DNA of 64,000 bases from Planctomycetota bacterium (GCA_038231435.1 JBBRLJ010000002.1:64001-128000), one strand, 5' to 3'. Counted from the first letter of the stretch, positions 39,788 to 50,242 are shown. Notes: generated by a model not told the origin, from the letters alone. Translations and numbers: made by a program.

Positions 39788-41476
39788 ATGGCCATGCTCC
39801 CCGCTCAGCTCCTCAACGCCATCGCGACCATCGTCGCGCTCGCGCTCGCGCCCACGCTGCGGGCAGGCGACGCACCACCGGCGACCGATCCGACTCCCGC
39901 CGCGAACGCCTGGAAGCTCGCGCTGCAGCCGCCCTCCGATGCGTGGAAGCGCTCCCCGCAGGAGCTGGTGTTCAACAACGAGGCGGAACCGCAGACCCTC
40001 GATCCGGCGATCATGAAGGGCGTGCTCGAGGCGCGCCTCGCACTCGCGCTCTTCGAAGGCCTGGTCACCTACGATCCGCGCACCCTCGAGCCGCGCCCGG
40101 GCATGGCCTCGTCGTGGGAGATCTCCCCCGATCGCCTGGTCTATACCTTCACGCTGCGGCCCGACGCCGCCTGGAGCGACGGTTCGCCGCTGACTTCCAA
40201 CGACTTCATGCGCTCGTGGAAGCGCGCGCTCGAGGCCAAGACCGGGGCCGAATACGCCTACCAGCTCTACCCGATCGCCGGCGCCGAGGACTTCCACGAC
40301 GGCAAGCTCGCGGACTTCGCCAAGGTCGGCGTCGAGGCCCCGGACGCGCGCACCCTGCGCGTGCGCCTGCGCGCGGCCTGCCCGTACTTCCTCGACCTGG
40401 TCGCCTTCCAGACCCTGATGCCGGTGCCGATGGACGTGGTCGAGAAGCACGGCGACCGCTGGGTGCTGCCCGAGCACATCGTCTCGAACGGCCCCTACAT
40501 CCTCAGCTCGTGGAATCGCGGGCAGGAGATCACCTTCACGCCGAATCCGCATTACTGGGACCGCGCCCAGGTGCGCATCACCAGGATCGTGGCGCGGCCG
40601 TACGACAACCAGGACACCGCCTACGCGCTGTTCCTCGACGGCAAGCTCGACTGGATCCCCGGCATCCCCGTCGCGAAGATCGACGAGATCAAGCGCAACC
40701 CAGACTACTACGCCTTCCCGTACCTCGGCGCGGGATTCTACCGCTTCAATTGCACCAGGCCGCCGTTCAACGACGCGCGCGTGCGCAAGGCGTTCTCAAT
40801 CGCGATCGACCGCCGCACCATCACCGAACACGTGCTCAAGGCCGGAGAGATCCCGGCCACCTGGCTGGTGCCGGACATCGGGCCCGAGGCCGGCGGCTAC
40901 CGTCACGTCGCGGGCGTGCCCTCCGATCGCGAGCAGGCGCGCGCGCTGCTCGCAGCCTGCGGCTATGCGGCTCCCGGCCACTCCGGTGGCAAGCCGTTCC
41001 CGCGGATCGAGCTGCTGTTCAACACCAGCGAGAACAACAAGCAGGTCGCCGAGGCGGTGGTCAGCCAGTGGAAGGACGCGCTCGGAGTCGAGGTGACGCT
41101 GCGCAACACCGAGTGGAAGACCTACCTGTCGGACATGGACCGCATCGCATTCGACATCTGCCGCTCGTCGTGGGTCGGCGACTACAACGACGCCAACACC
41201 TACCTCGACATGTGGGTCACCGACGGGGGCAACAACCGCACCGGCTGGTCGAACAAGGACTACGATCGCCTGGTCGGCGAGTCCCAGCGCGAGGGCGACA
41301 CCGCCAAGCGCCTGGCGATCCTGCAGCGCCTCGAGCGCATGCTGGTCGAGGAGGAGTTCCCGATCATGCCGATCTACATCTACGTCAACAAGGGCATGCT
41401 GAAGGAGAAGGTCCGCGGCTGGCACGAGAACGTGCGGGATCTGCATCCGTACCAGTACATGTGGATCGAGAATTGA
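39788..41476 (+). CDS. oppA: Oligopeptide ABC transporter substrate-binding protein
   Basis: EPQTLDP, FEGLV, YTFTLR...WSDG, SNGPY, WVGDYND. Confidence 0.92.
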   Translation: MAMLPAQLLNAIATIVALALAPTLRAGDAPPATDPTPAANAWKLALQPPSDAWKRSPQELVFNNEAEPQTLDPAIMKGVLEARLALALFEGLVTYDPRTLEPRPGMASSWEISPDRLVYTFTLRPDAAWSDGSPLTSNDFMRSWKRALEAKTGAEYAYQLYPIAGAEDFHDGKLADFAKVGVEAPDARTLRVRLRAACPYFLDLVAFQTLMPVPMDVVEKHGDRWVLPEHIVSNGPYILSSWNRGQEITFTPNPHYWDRAQVRITRIVARPYDNQDTAYALFLDGKLDWIPGIPVAKIDEIKRNPDYYAFPYLGAGFYRFNCTRPPFNDARVRKAFSIAIDRRTITEHVLKAGEIPATWLVPDIGPEAGGYRHVAGVPSDREQARALLAACGYAAPGHSGGKPFPRIELLFNTSENNKQVAEAVVSQWKDALGVEVTLRNTEWKTYLSDMDRIAFDICRSSWVGDYNDANTYLDMWVTDGGNNRTGWSNKDYDRLVGESQREGDTAKRLAILQRLERMLVEEEFPIMPIYIYVNKGMLKEKVRGWHENVRDLHPYQYMWIEN

Positions 41477-41560
41477 CGGAGGATCCTTCGTCGGGGCTGG
41501 GCCGTCCCACGTCCTTTGCCCCTTTCCGCGTCAAGTGACCTGGGCACGCTGAGCGGGCCG

Positions 41561-42487
41561 ATGCTAGCCTACATCCTGCGCCGCCTGCTGATGGCGCCCC
41601 TGGTGCTGCTGGTGCTCGCCACGATCTCGTTCGTGATGATGCACGCCGCGCCTGGCGGTCCCTTCGACGCCGAGCGCAAGATCGACCCCGAGACCGAGCG
41701 CGCGCTGCGCGAGAAGTACCACCTCGACGAGTCGCCGCCGCGGCAGTACCTGCGCTTCCTGGGCGACCTCGCGCGCGGCGATCTCGGCCCGTCGTTCATC
41801 CACAAGACCCAGACCGTCAACGAGATCATCGCGGACAAGCTGCCGACCTCGCTGTTCCTCGGCGCGGTCGCGCTGCTGCTCGCCCTGGCGATCGGCCTGC
41901 CAGCCGGCGTGCTCGGAGCGGTCGCGCAGGGTTCGGTGTGGGACCGCTCGACCATGGTGCTGTGCACGCTGGGCCTGAGCATCCCGCCGTTCGTGATCGG
42001 GCCGATGCTCGCACTGCTGTTCGGCCTCTATCTCGGCTGGCTGCCGGTGGCCGAATACAAGGGCGCGAGCGCACCGTCGTACCTGGTGCTGCCGGCGCTG
42101 ACCCTGGCCATTCCATTCGCCGCGCGCATCGCCCGCCTCGGCCGCGCGGGACTGCTCGAGGTCATCAACGCCGACCACGTGCGCAGCGCGCGCGCCAAGG
42201 GCGCGAGCGAGATCGCGGTGGTACTCAAGCACGCCCTGCCGGCCGGCATGTTGCCGGTGATCGGCTTTCTCGGTCCCGCCGTGGCGTACCTGCTCACCGG
42301 ATCGCTGGTGATCGAGAAGATCTTCCAGATCCCCGGCCTCGGCCGCGAGTTCGTCGAGAGCGCGACCAACCGCGACTACACCCTGGTGATGGGCACGGTG
42401 CTGGTCTACGGCGCGATCGTGCTGGCGTGCAACCTGCTCGCCGACCTCGCGCTCGGGGTGGTCGATCCGCGCGTGAGGCAGCGATGA
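41561..42487 (+). CDS. oppB: Oligopeptide ABC transporter permease
   Basis: YILRRLL, APGGPF, GDLGPS, ARAKG, IEKIFQIPGLG, NRDY. Confidence 0.93.
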   Translation: MLAYILRRLLMAPLVLLVLATISFVMMHAAPGGPFDAERKIDPETERALREKYHLDESPPRQYLRFLGDLARGDLGPSFIHKTQTVNEIIADKLPTSLFLGAVALLLALAIGLPAGVLGAVAQGSVWDRSTMVLCTLGLSIPPFVIGPMLALLFGLYLGWLPVAEYKGASAPSYLVLPALTLAIPFAARIARLGRAGLLEVINADHVRSARAKGASEIAVVLKHALPAGMLPVIGFLGPAVAYLLTGSLVIEKIFQIPGLGREFVESATNRDYTLVMGTVLVYGAIVLACNLLADLALGVVDPRVRQR

Positions 42488-43908
42488 GCGCAGGAGCGAG
42501 CCCACCCGTCTCCACCTCGCCAGCGGCCTCTCCGCCTGCCTCCCTGTCCAGAAGGATCCGCTCGCAATCCCCGTGGCGCGAGTCCTGGCGTCGCCTGCGC
42601 CGCGACCGCGTCGCCATGGCCGGCCTGGTGATCGCCGCCGCGATGGTGCTGGCCTGCCTGGCCGCGCCGCTGCTCGCGCCATGCGCACCGGCCGAACCGC
42701 GGCATTGGCTCGGCGCGCACGCGCCCGGCTTCGCCCATCCGGATTGCCGCGAGCTCAACGAGCTGGTGCCTGGGCGCGGCCTCGAACTGTCCGAGCGCGC
42801 GCCGGCTGCCGGACATCTCGAGATCGATGCGCTGGATCTGCCGGCGGACGCCCAGCCCACCACCTATCGGCTGCTTCTGCGCCGCGGCGTGGTGCAGATC
42901 ACCAAGGGCGCCGATCGCATCGACACGCTCGATCTGAGCCCGCCCGGCACCGTGGCGACGCTGATCGACCCATCGGGCAATCCCGGGCAGGCCGTCTCGG
43001 GCATGGTGATCACCAGCGCCGAGCCTCCGCCGCCTGGGTTGTTCGCGCCCGACGAGCAGGTGGTGCTGCTGCGCGTGACCCCGGTCGCGCGCACCGTGAC
43101 CTGGACGGCCGATGTCGCGCGCGGCACGGTGGTGGCCCTCAGCCGCGATGGTGCGCCGGTGGCCTCGACCACCATCCGCGGCGAGGACATACGCCGCGTC
43201 GCGTGGAACGGCCGTGAGTTGCGGCTGCGCCATCTCCTGGGCACCGATGTCCAGGGCCGCGACCTGCTCGCGCGCATCCTCTACGGTGGCCGCATCTCGC
43301 TGATGGTCGGCGCGGTCGCGACCCTAGTCAGCCTGCTCATCGGCGTGCTCTACGGCGCGATCGCCGGCTACGTCGGCGGACGGACCGACCGCGGCATGAT
43401 GGCGGGCATCGACGTGCTCTACGCCATCCCCTTCATGTTCCTGGTCATCCTGCTGCTGGTGTACTGCGGCCGCAGCCTGGTGGTGCTGTTCGTCGCGCTC
43501 GGGGCGGTGCAATGGCTGACCATGGCGCGCATCGTGCGCGGCCAGGTGCTGTCGCTGGGCCAGCGGGACTTCATCCTCGCGGCGCGCGCCGGTGGCGCGA
43601 GCCCCCTGCGCATCATCGCGCGCCATCTCATCCCCAACTGCCTGGGACCGGTGATCGTCTACGGCACCCTGACGGTGCCGATGGTGATCATGGAGGAGAG
43701 CTTCCTCGCCTTCATCGGGCTCGGCGTGCAGCAGAACGGCGTCGATTCGTGGGGCGCGCTCATCCAGCAGGGGCATGCCGATCTCACCCGCGAACGCACC
43801 TGGTTGCTGGTCTACCCCGCGCTGGCCATGACCGGCACGCTGCTCGCGCTCAACTGCCTCGGCGAGGGCCTGCGCGACGCCCTGGATCCCCGTGACCGTG
43901 GACGCTGA
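42484..43908 (+). CDS. oppC: Oligopeptide ABC transporter permease with an enlarged periplasmic loop
   Basis: ATGA overlap; SPWRESWRRL, HLLGTD..GRD, GGRISL, RHLIPN, GEGLRDALDP. Confidence 0.92.
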   Translation: MSAGASPPVSTSPAASPPASLSRRIRSQSPWRESWRRLRRDRVAMAGLVIAAAMVLACLAAPLLAPCAPAEPRHWLGAHAPGFAHPDCRELNELVPGRGLELSERAPAAGHLEIDALDLPADAQPTTYRLLLRRGVVQITKGADRIDTLDLSPPGTVATLIDPSGNPGQAVSGMVITSAEPPPPGLFAPDEQVVLLRVTPVARTVTWTADVARGTVVALSRDGAPVASTTIRGEDIRRVAWNGRELRLRHLLGTDVQGRDLLARILYGGRISLMVGAVATLVSLLIGVLYGAIAGYVGGRTDRGMMAGIDVLYAIPFMFLVILLLVYCGRSLVVLFVALGAVQWLTMARIVRGQVLSLGQRDFILAARAGGASPLRIIARHLIPNCLGPVIVYGTLTVPMVIMEESFLAFIGLGVQQNGVDSWGALIQQGHADLTRERTWLLVYPALAMTGTLLALNCLGEGLRDALDPRDRGR

Positions 43909-43922
43909 TCACGCGCGCAGTG

Positions 43923-44243
43923 CTACTCCAGCTTGACGGCCGTCCCGTAGCACAGCACTTCCGTCGAAGCCTTCTGCCCGCCGATCTCGGTGGCGTCGTA
44001 ATGCACGCCGACGATTGCGTTGGCGCCGATGGCGAGCGCGTGTTCGACCATCAGGTCGTAGGATTGCTGCCTGGCCTGCTCGCACATCTCGGTGAACGAG
44101 CCGATGTTGCCGCCGATGATCGACTTCAATCCGCCGAGGATGCCCTGGGTGATGGTCGGGGCGCGCACGATCAGTCCGCGCACGATGCCCTTGTACTCGA
44201 CGATGCGCCGGCCTTCGATGGAGAAGGTGGTGGAGACGATCAT
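43923..44243 (-). CDS. YbjQ/UPF0145 family protein
   Basis: 106 aa; IEGRRIVEYKGIVRG, IIGG, GANAIVG, YGTAV. Confidence 0.92.
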   Translation of the reverse strand: MIVSTTFSIEGRRIVEYKGIVRGLIVRAPTITQGILGGLKSIIGGNIGSFTEMCEQARQQSYDLMVEHALAIGANAIVGVHYDATEIGGQKASTEVLCYGTAVKLE

Positions 44244-44308
44244 GGGTTTCCCTTTGGAACACTGGCGGTGAGCGGGCGCCAGGAACCATGCCCATCCTCA
44301 GCTTGGAT

Positions 44309-45049
44309 TCAATGCCACTCGTTGCCGGGAAACAGGGTGATGCGCTTGTAGACCGTCCCCGCCGGGCGCGTCAGCACGAACTCCACCAGTTCCGCGATCT
44401 CGCGCGGGCTGATCAATTTCTCGCGATCCCCAGGGTAGGGATTCGCGCCGTCGGGGCCCGTCCACAACGGCGTGTCGATGCCGCCAGGGCAGATGGTGGA
44501 GACCGTGATGCCCGCGGGCAGCAGCTCCTGCGCGAGGGCTTCGGCGAATCCGACCATGCCATGCTTGGACGCGCAGTACGCCGCCTGGCCGGGGATGCCG
44601 CGCGTGCCGGCCACCGAGGCGATGTTCACGATGCGTCCGGCGCGGCGCGCGAGCATGCGCGGCACCACCGCATGGGTCACCCACAACGTGCCCTTCAGGT
44701 TGGTGTCGATGATCGCGGCGATGGTCGCCGGATCCTGCTCGGCGAAAGCGCGCATCTCGAATACCGCCGCGTTGTTCACCAACGCGGTGATCGGACCGAG
44801 CTCCGACTCCACCCGTGCGACCGCCGCCGTGATCGCGGCATGGTCGGTCACGTCCGCGACCACCGGCTGGATGCCGGCCTGGCGTGCGGACAAGGCGGCG
44901 AGCTTGCTCGCCGAACGGGCCACCGCCGCCACGCGCCAACCGCGGCTCGCCAGCAGCACGCACAGCTCCTCGCCGACGCCGCTCGAAGCGCCGGTGATCA
45001 GCGCGACCGGCGTCGGCTGCCCTCTCGGCGCGATGGGTTCACTGGGCAT
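44309..45049 (-). CDS. SDR family oxidoreductase
   Basis: TGASSGVG, NNAA, YCASK, ICPG. Confidence 0.93.
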   Translation of the reverse strand: MPSEPIAPRGQPTPVALITGASSGVGEELCVLLASRGWRVAAVARSASKLAALSARQAGIQPVVADVTDHAAITAAVARVESELGPITALVNNAAVFEMRAFAEQDPATIAAIIDTNLKGTLWVTHAVVPRMLARRAGRIVNIASVAGTRGIPGQAAYCASKHGMVGFAEALAQELLPAGITVSTICPGGIDTPLWTGPDGANPYPGDREKLISPREIAELVEFVLTRPAGTVYKRITLFPGNEWH

Positions 45050-45881
45050 CGGTGCGCGTTTCGCCGTAGAACCAGGTGGCGCCTGGAGCGGGAACGATCG
45101 GCGTGCGGCCATCCGCGAGTTCGACCGGGCTCTGGCGCTGGAAGCCGAGCAGACGGATCATGGTGGCAGATGCCTCCTGGACGAGCGCCGGTTCGATCGA
45201 ACGCTTGTGGTCGGTCTGGGGCTTGAGCCAGCTGCGGATGTAGAAGCACAGCACCGCGCGACGCAGGGCCTGGCTGCGGTTGGCTCCGCCGGCATGGAAG
45301 GTCCGGGCGTCGAACAGGATCATCGAGCCAGCGGGAGCGACCGCCGGGATAGACGGTTCGTCGCCGCTCGCATCGGCGCGCGCGTGGCTGCCCGGCACGA
45401 TCAGGGTCGCGCCGTTCTCAGCGGTGAACTCGTCCACGCACCACGCCACCTGCACTCCGATCGGCACTTCCAGCCATGGCATCGACGGGCCCCAGATGTT
45501 CATGTCGCGGTGCAGGCCCTGAGCCGCGCCGCCGGGCTTGCGCGAGCCCTGGTTGCAGGAGCTGAGGATGCAGTCGTCGCCGAGCAGGCCCTCGACCGTG
45601 GCCAGCACCAGCGGCTGCTGGGCGAGTTCGCGGAAGATCGGCGCCTTGGCCACCAGGTTGGTCTCGCCGTAGTTGTCGGGGTTATCGTCGATGCCGATCT
45701 TGCCCGCGAGCCTGGCATCGATGGCGGCGCGCAGCTGAGCCAGCTGCCGGTCGTCGATGAGCCGGGGCATGATGGTGTACCCCTGCTCGCGCAGTTCGCG
45801 CTGGTGGGCGGCAACGCGCGCGGGATCAGGGCCGGTTCCGATCGACGGTTCCGTGGACGGCTCGGCTACGCTCGTGGCCAT
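45039..45881 (-). CDS. Phytanoyl-CoA dioxygenase (PhyH)-family Fe(II)/2OG oxygenase
   Basis: HRD...ENGAT..VPGSH...H.GGAN...R facial-triad pattern. Confidence 0.9.
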   Translation of the reverse strand: MATSVAEPSTEPSIGTGPDPARVAAHQRELREQGYTIMPRLIDDRQLAQLRAAIDARLAGKIGIDDNPDNYGETNLVAKAPIFRELAQQPLVLATVEGLLGDDCILSSCNQGSRKPGGAAQGLHRDMNIWGPSMPWLEVPIGVQVAWCVDEFTAENGATLIVPGSHARADASGDEPSIPAVAPAGSMILFDARTFHAGGANRSQALRRAVLCFYIRSWLKPQTDHKRSIEPALVQEASATMIRLLGFQRQSPVELADGRTPIVPAPGATWFYGETRTDAQ

Positions 45882-46058
45882 GGTGCTCTCCTGCCCCGCA
45901 TCCTAAGCATCGGCGGCCGAGTCGGCCATGGCCGATACGCGGGTAAATGTGTACTTTCCGCGCTACCCACTTACGGCCTTCGTCGCCTACCAGGGTGATG
46001 GCTCGGTGGGCATGCACGAAGCGCGTGCAGGCGGCCTAGGCGGCGCCATCATCCAGAC

Positions 46059-46904
46059 ATGCCGGTGCTCGATCTCGACCTCCTGCATGTCCGCATCGTC
46101 GCCCAGGGCCGGGCCTCGCTGTGGCCGTGGTGGCATCTGCGCCAGCGCAGCACTCCGGGATGGGTGCTCTATGCGGATGATCGCGACGGCGCCCGCCTGG
46201 TCGTCGCCGGGCGGGCCCATCCCCTGCGCGCTGGACGCGTGACTGTCATCCCACCCGACACGGTCTTCGATTCGATTCCGGGACCGGATGTCCATCAGGT
46301 GTACTTCCACGTCGATCTGCTGGGCCTGCCCGCGTCCACCGCCGCGGAACTGCTGCCCGCACCGCTCGACCTCGGCGCTGATCCGATCCTCGCCGCACAG
46401 GCAGCGAGGCTGCACGCGCTGATGCCGGACATGCGGCTGCCTCAGCCGCCAGAGCCGCCGCCACCGTCCCTGCCCCTGCTCGGGCTCGCCTTCGTCCATC
46501 AGGCCTTCGCGCGGCTGCTCGAATGCTCGCCGCGCGCACGGCGCGTCGCCTGGAGCGCGCGTCTGCGCGCGCACGGGCCACTGTCGCCGGCGCTGCGTCA
46601 CATCGACGACCACATCGGCGAGCCGCTCTACGCCGCCGGCCTCGCCGGGATGTGCCGCATGGGTCCACAATGGTTCACCGCGCGGTTCCGTGCCGCCGTC
46701 GGCCTCACCCCTGCTCAGTACATCCTCGAACGCCGCACCGCGGTGGCGGCGCAGCGCCTCGCCTTCAGCGACGAATCCATCGAGGACATCGCCACCGCCT
46801 GCGGCTTCGCCGACCGCTCGCACTTCACCCGGATATTCACACGCCGGCGCGGCATCGCTCCCGCCGCCTACCGTCGGCGCGAGCAGCTGCGCTTCCTCGC
46901 GTGA
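46059..46904 (+). CDS. AraC family transcriptional regulator
   Basis: C-terminal IEDIATACGFADRSHFTRIF...PAAYR; divergent from the PhyH gene. Confidence 0.92.
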   Translation: MPVLDLDLLHVRIVAQGRASLWPWWHLRQRSTPGWVLYADDRDGARLVVAGRAHPLRAGRVTVIPPDTVFDSIPGPDVHQVYFHVDLLGLPASTAAELLPAPLDLGADPILAAQAARLHALMPDMRLPQPPEPPPPSLPLLGLAFVHQAFARLLECSPRARRVAWSARLRAHGPLSPALRHIDDHIGEPLYAAGLAGMCRMGPQWFTARFRAAVGLTPAQYILERRTAVAAQRLAFSDESIEDIATACGFADRSHFTRIFTRRRGIAPAAYRRREQLRFLA

Positions 46905-46953
46905 ACGCTGCCACCGGGATCGTCGGTACGGCCGGCGATGCGCGGCATGCCGC

Positions 46954-48990
46954 TCAGCGCGCCGCCGCCGCGCGTGGCGCGGCCGTGGCTTGCCTCGAAG
47001 CCGCGTGCGCGCCGTCGCTCAGACGCATGCCCGCGCGCAGCATGACCTGCTCGGCGAGGTGCAGTGGCGTGGCGAAGCGCGCTTCGATCGCGTCGGCGTC
47101 CTCGCCCAGGATCAGGCGCCGGAAGGAGATCTCGGGCGCCAGGTTGTAGAACACCGACGCCTGCACGCGCGCCTCCTGGTCACCCCCCTCGCGGCGTTTC
47201 CGCCAATCCGCGCCGAGATAAAATTCCAACCAGTCGCGGTAGCGCTCCGGCTGCTCGCGTTCCCAGGTCTTCGCCACGCCGGCGAGCCGCGCGTGATCGC
47301 CGTGATCGCGCAGCAGGGCGCACCACTCCGGAAAATTCCCCGCGAAGATGTACGGATTGCGGGTCGCGGCGGTGGCGAACGAGATCTCACGCCAGCTCAC
47401 CAGCGCCTGCACGCCGAGCAGCCCGCGCCGCTGATCGGCGGCGCCAGGCGAACCGTGCGCGAAGAGCGGCACGCACGGCTGCGACCAGGTCGTCATCGTC
47501 GCCAGGCGCAGGCTCATCGCCGTCGCGGTCGGCTGGAGATCGCGCACGCCGGCGATCCAGGCAGGCAGCTCGAGCGAACCCAGCAGACCGATCGCGGTGC
47601 GCGCGGCGAGGTAGCGCAGGCGCGCGGCGCCGGCGCGGTCGCCTTCGCCGATGTCCTCGTTGACGCGCAGCCGCGCCTCGGCGAGCAGGCCCTCGAGACC
47701 GTTGTGCACGCAGTCGGCGTTCCACATCCAGCCGCGCGGATCCGACCACGCGCTGCACAGCGCCCAGTCATGGAAGACCTCGGCGTACGCGGCCAGATCG
47801 GCGCGCTGACGGCGGCAGGCCTTCGCGGTGCGCAGCGCCGGGACCGCGATTCCGGGGACTCCGCATTCGACGGCGCGCGCGAGCCCCGACAGCGCCAGGC
47901 CGTTGTACCAGTCGACGTCGTAGCACGCGTCGCCGTTGTGGTCCCACATCTGGCGCAGGCGCGCCCAGGGACGCTTCGAGGCGGGTTCGACGATGCGCTC
48001 GACACCGGCCCGCAACGCCGCCGCATCGGGTGGAGCCAGGCGCGCGATCAGCTGCGCGCGCAGGTCATCGGGCACCTGGCCGATCAGCGGCGCCCAGGTG
48101 CGCAGCGCCAGCAGCTGGTCCATCGCCGTGCCGGGTTCCCAGGTGGCGTCGCCCGCATAGGCGAGTTCCTCGGGCGCTTCCGTCAGCGCACCCGCCACCG
48201 CGCGCGTGGCTTCGAGCCGCGCGCCGATCCAGCGCGTGTCGACGTCTACCGTCCAGCTCGGACCGTCCACCACCGCGAACGGTCCACACCAGGTGCTCAG
48301 CAGCGTGGTGCGCGGCTGGGACGAGCGCGCCAGCGTGCCGCTCGGATCGAGCAGGGCGAGGAACGGCGGCAGCGGCGCCAGGGTCGCGCCCGGGAATATG
48401 CACGAGATGGTGATCGCATCCTCGCGCTCCCCGAAGCGTTCATCTGCGCGCAGGGGCGGATGCTCGGCGAGCGCCAGCCACATGGCGAGGCGGGCGGCAG
48501 TGCGCGGAGCGTCCTCGGCGGACAGCAACGGCACGATCATCAGTCCACCGCCCTTGCGGGTGAAATCGACCTGCCAGTGCATGTGGCTGACCACGGTGAT
48601 CCTGCGCACCGGGACGCTGGCGACGATCAGCACCGGCAGGTTTGGGGTCTGCGCCAGCCAGCAGCGGTGGCCCTTGGCGTCGGCGAGGCCGCGCGCATCG
48701 AACCAGCCGCCATCGGCGAGATCTTCGATACGCTGCGGCTCGGCGCCCGATGGCCAACGCAGACGCATGCTCGTACCGCGCGTCGCCAGCAGCGGACCGG
48801 GCAGGGTGGTGCGCAGTTCGACCGACACGTCACCGCCGGTCCATGCGTAATCGATGCGGCGGCCCGTCCAGGTGCGCGCGCTCTGACGCACGCGGTAGGA
48901 CGCGGGCAGTTCGAGGTTCAATAGCGGCTTGGCCTCAGCCCCCAGCGTGACGATCTCGAAACCGCGCCACGCGCAGGTGGCGAGCGCCAT
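46954..48990 (-). CDS. Hypothetical ~678-aa protein, possibly a carbohydrate-active (alpha/alpha)-barrel enzyme
   Basis: Coding-like from MALATCAW; Trp/Asp/Tyr-rich motifs (WDHNGDACYDVDWYNG, WSDPRG); lies in the sugar island. Confidence 0.65.
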   Translation of the reverse strand: MALATCAWRGFEIVTLGAEAKPLLNLELPASYRVRQSARTWTGRRIDYAWTGGDVSVELRTTLPGPLLATRGTSMRLRWPSGAEPQRIEDLADGGWFDARGLADAKGHRCWLAQTPNLPVLIVASVPVRRITVVSHMHWQVDFTRKGGGLMIVPLLSAEDAPRTAARLAMWLALAEHPPLRADERFGEREDAITISCIFPGATLAPLPPFLALLDPSGTLARSSQPRTTLLSTWCGPFAVVDGPSWTVDVDTRWIGARLEATRAVAGALTEAPEELAYAGDATWEPGTAMDQLLALRTWAPLIGQVPDDLRAQLIARLAPPDAAALRAGVERIVEPASKRPWARLRQMWDHNGDACYDVDWYNGLALSGLARAVECGVPGIAVPALRTAKACRRQRADLAAYAEVFHDWALCSAWSDPRGWMWNADCVHNGLEGLLAEARLRVNEDIGEGDRAGAARLRYLAARTAIGLLGSLELPAWIAGVRDLQPTATAMSLRLATMTTWSQPCVPLFAHGSPGAADQRRGLLGVQALVSWREISFATAATRNPYIFAGNFPEWCALLRDHGDHARLAGVAKTWEREQPERYRDWLEFYLGADWRKRREGGDQEARVQASVFYNLAPEISFRRLILGEDADAIEARFATPLHLAEQVMLRAGMRLSDGAHAASRQATAAPRAAAAR

Positions 48991-49288
48991 GATCTCGTCA
49001 CCGGCGCTCTCGCGGTAGCGGCCGTTGCCGCTCACCGAAGTGCGGCCGTCGCAGCCGTGCTGCCAGATAGTCCGCGGACTGCTTCGCGAGCCGCCTCGCG
49101 CGCCACTGCGCGCACTGCGCGTCGAGCCGCGCATGTCGCCTTGCGCAGCGGATTTCGCAGACGCCCGGCCCACGCTCAGTGCCCTCCTGCCGATGCCGAT
49201 CTCGCCGCCGAGCCCTTCGCCGAGGGATGCCAGATGCATGTGTTCTTCTGATCTGACGGCCGTGATGCGCCGCCCGCAGGAGGGATCG

Positions 49289-50242
49289 TCATGAATGCCG
49301 CGCCGCACGACTGGCGGGCACGTGTTCGGCGTCCAGCAGGGGCGCGAGGAAGCCGTGCGCGCGGCGCAGCGCATCGTGCCGTCCGGCGAGATCGGCCTCG
49401 AATTCGCGATCCTCGACTTCGACGCAGACCGGGCCGTCATAGCCGACCGCAGCCAGCGCGCTGATGAAGCGTGGCCAATCGATGTCGCCACGCCCCGGCA
49501 AGACCGGTTGGTGATAAGCGAGCGGAGCGGCCATGATGCCGACCTCAGCCAGGCGGGCATAATCGACGCGCACATCCTTGGCATGGACATGGTGGATGCG
49601 TGGGCCGAATTCGCGCAACGGAGCGAGATGGTCGATGCGCTGCCAGACCAGGTGCGACGGATCGAAGTTGAGGCCGAAGCAGGGATCCGGGATATCGTCG
49701 AACATGCGCCGCCAGAGGCCGGGGCTCGAGGCCAGGTTCTTGCCCCCCGGCCATTCGTCGGCGGTGAACAGCATCGGGCAATTCTCGATGCCGAGGCGCA
49801 GGCCCAGTGCGCTGGCCTCGGCGACGAGCGGACGCCAGACCTCCAGGAAGCGGGGCCAGTTGTCGTCCACCGAGGCACGCCAGTCGCGCCCGATGAAGGT
49901 GTTGACGCGATCGATCCCGAGGCGCTTCGCCGCGTGCATGACCTTCCGCAGGTGCGCGACGCAGGTGCGCGACTCGTCAGCGTCGGGGGAGAGCGGGTTG
50001 GGATAATATCCCAGGGCGCTGATCGTCACCTGATGGCGCGCCAGCTGCTCGTGGATGCGCGCTACGGCGGCGTCATCGAGCGCATCGACATCGATGTGCG
50101 TGACTCCGGCATAGCGCCGCTCGGCGCGGCCGCGGGGCCAGCACATCACCTCGACGCAACGGTATCCCTGGGTGGCGGCGAGCACCAGCACCTGTTCGAA
50201 GCTCTGGTCGGGTAGGATCGCGCTGACGAATCCAAGCTGCAT
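49289..50242 (-). CDS. Sugar phosphate isomerase/epimerase (xylose isomerase-like TIM barrel)
   Basis: IENCPM, NFDPSH, HVHAKD, GYDG...EVED. Confidence 0.92.
   Translation of the reverse strand: MQLGFVSAILPDQSFEQVLVLAATQGYRCVEVMCWPRGRAERRYAGVTHIDVDALDDAAVARIHEQLARHQVTISALGYYPNPLSPDADESRTCVAHLRKVMHAAKRLGIDRVNTFIGRDWRASVDDNWPRFLEVWRPLVAEASALGLRLGIENCPMLFTADEWPGGKNLASSPGLWRRMFDDIPDPCFGLNFDPSHLVWQRIDHLAPLREFGPRIHHVHAKDVRVDYARLAEVGIMAAPLAYHQPVLPGRGDIDWPRFISALAAVGYDGPVCVEVEDREFEADLAGRHDALRRAHGFLAPLLDAEHVPASRAARHS

Noticed and set aside
49176..49292. 38-aa ORF (MTIPPAGG...) coupled by ATGA to the isomerase stop
   Set aside because: Short with no motif; could be a remnant, but unsupported.
48991..49878. 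N-terminal ~296 aa of the 974-aa ORF 46954-49878
   Set aside because: It overlaps the isomerase gene out of frame and is Arg/Ser/Ala-rich shadow sequence; protein-like composition begins at ATG 48990.
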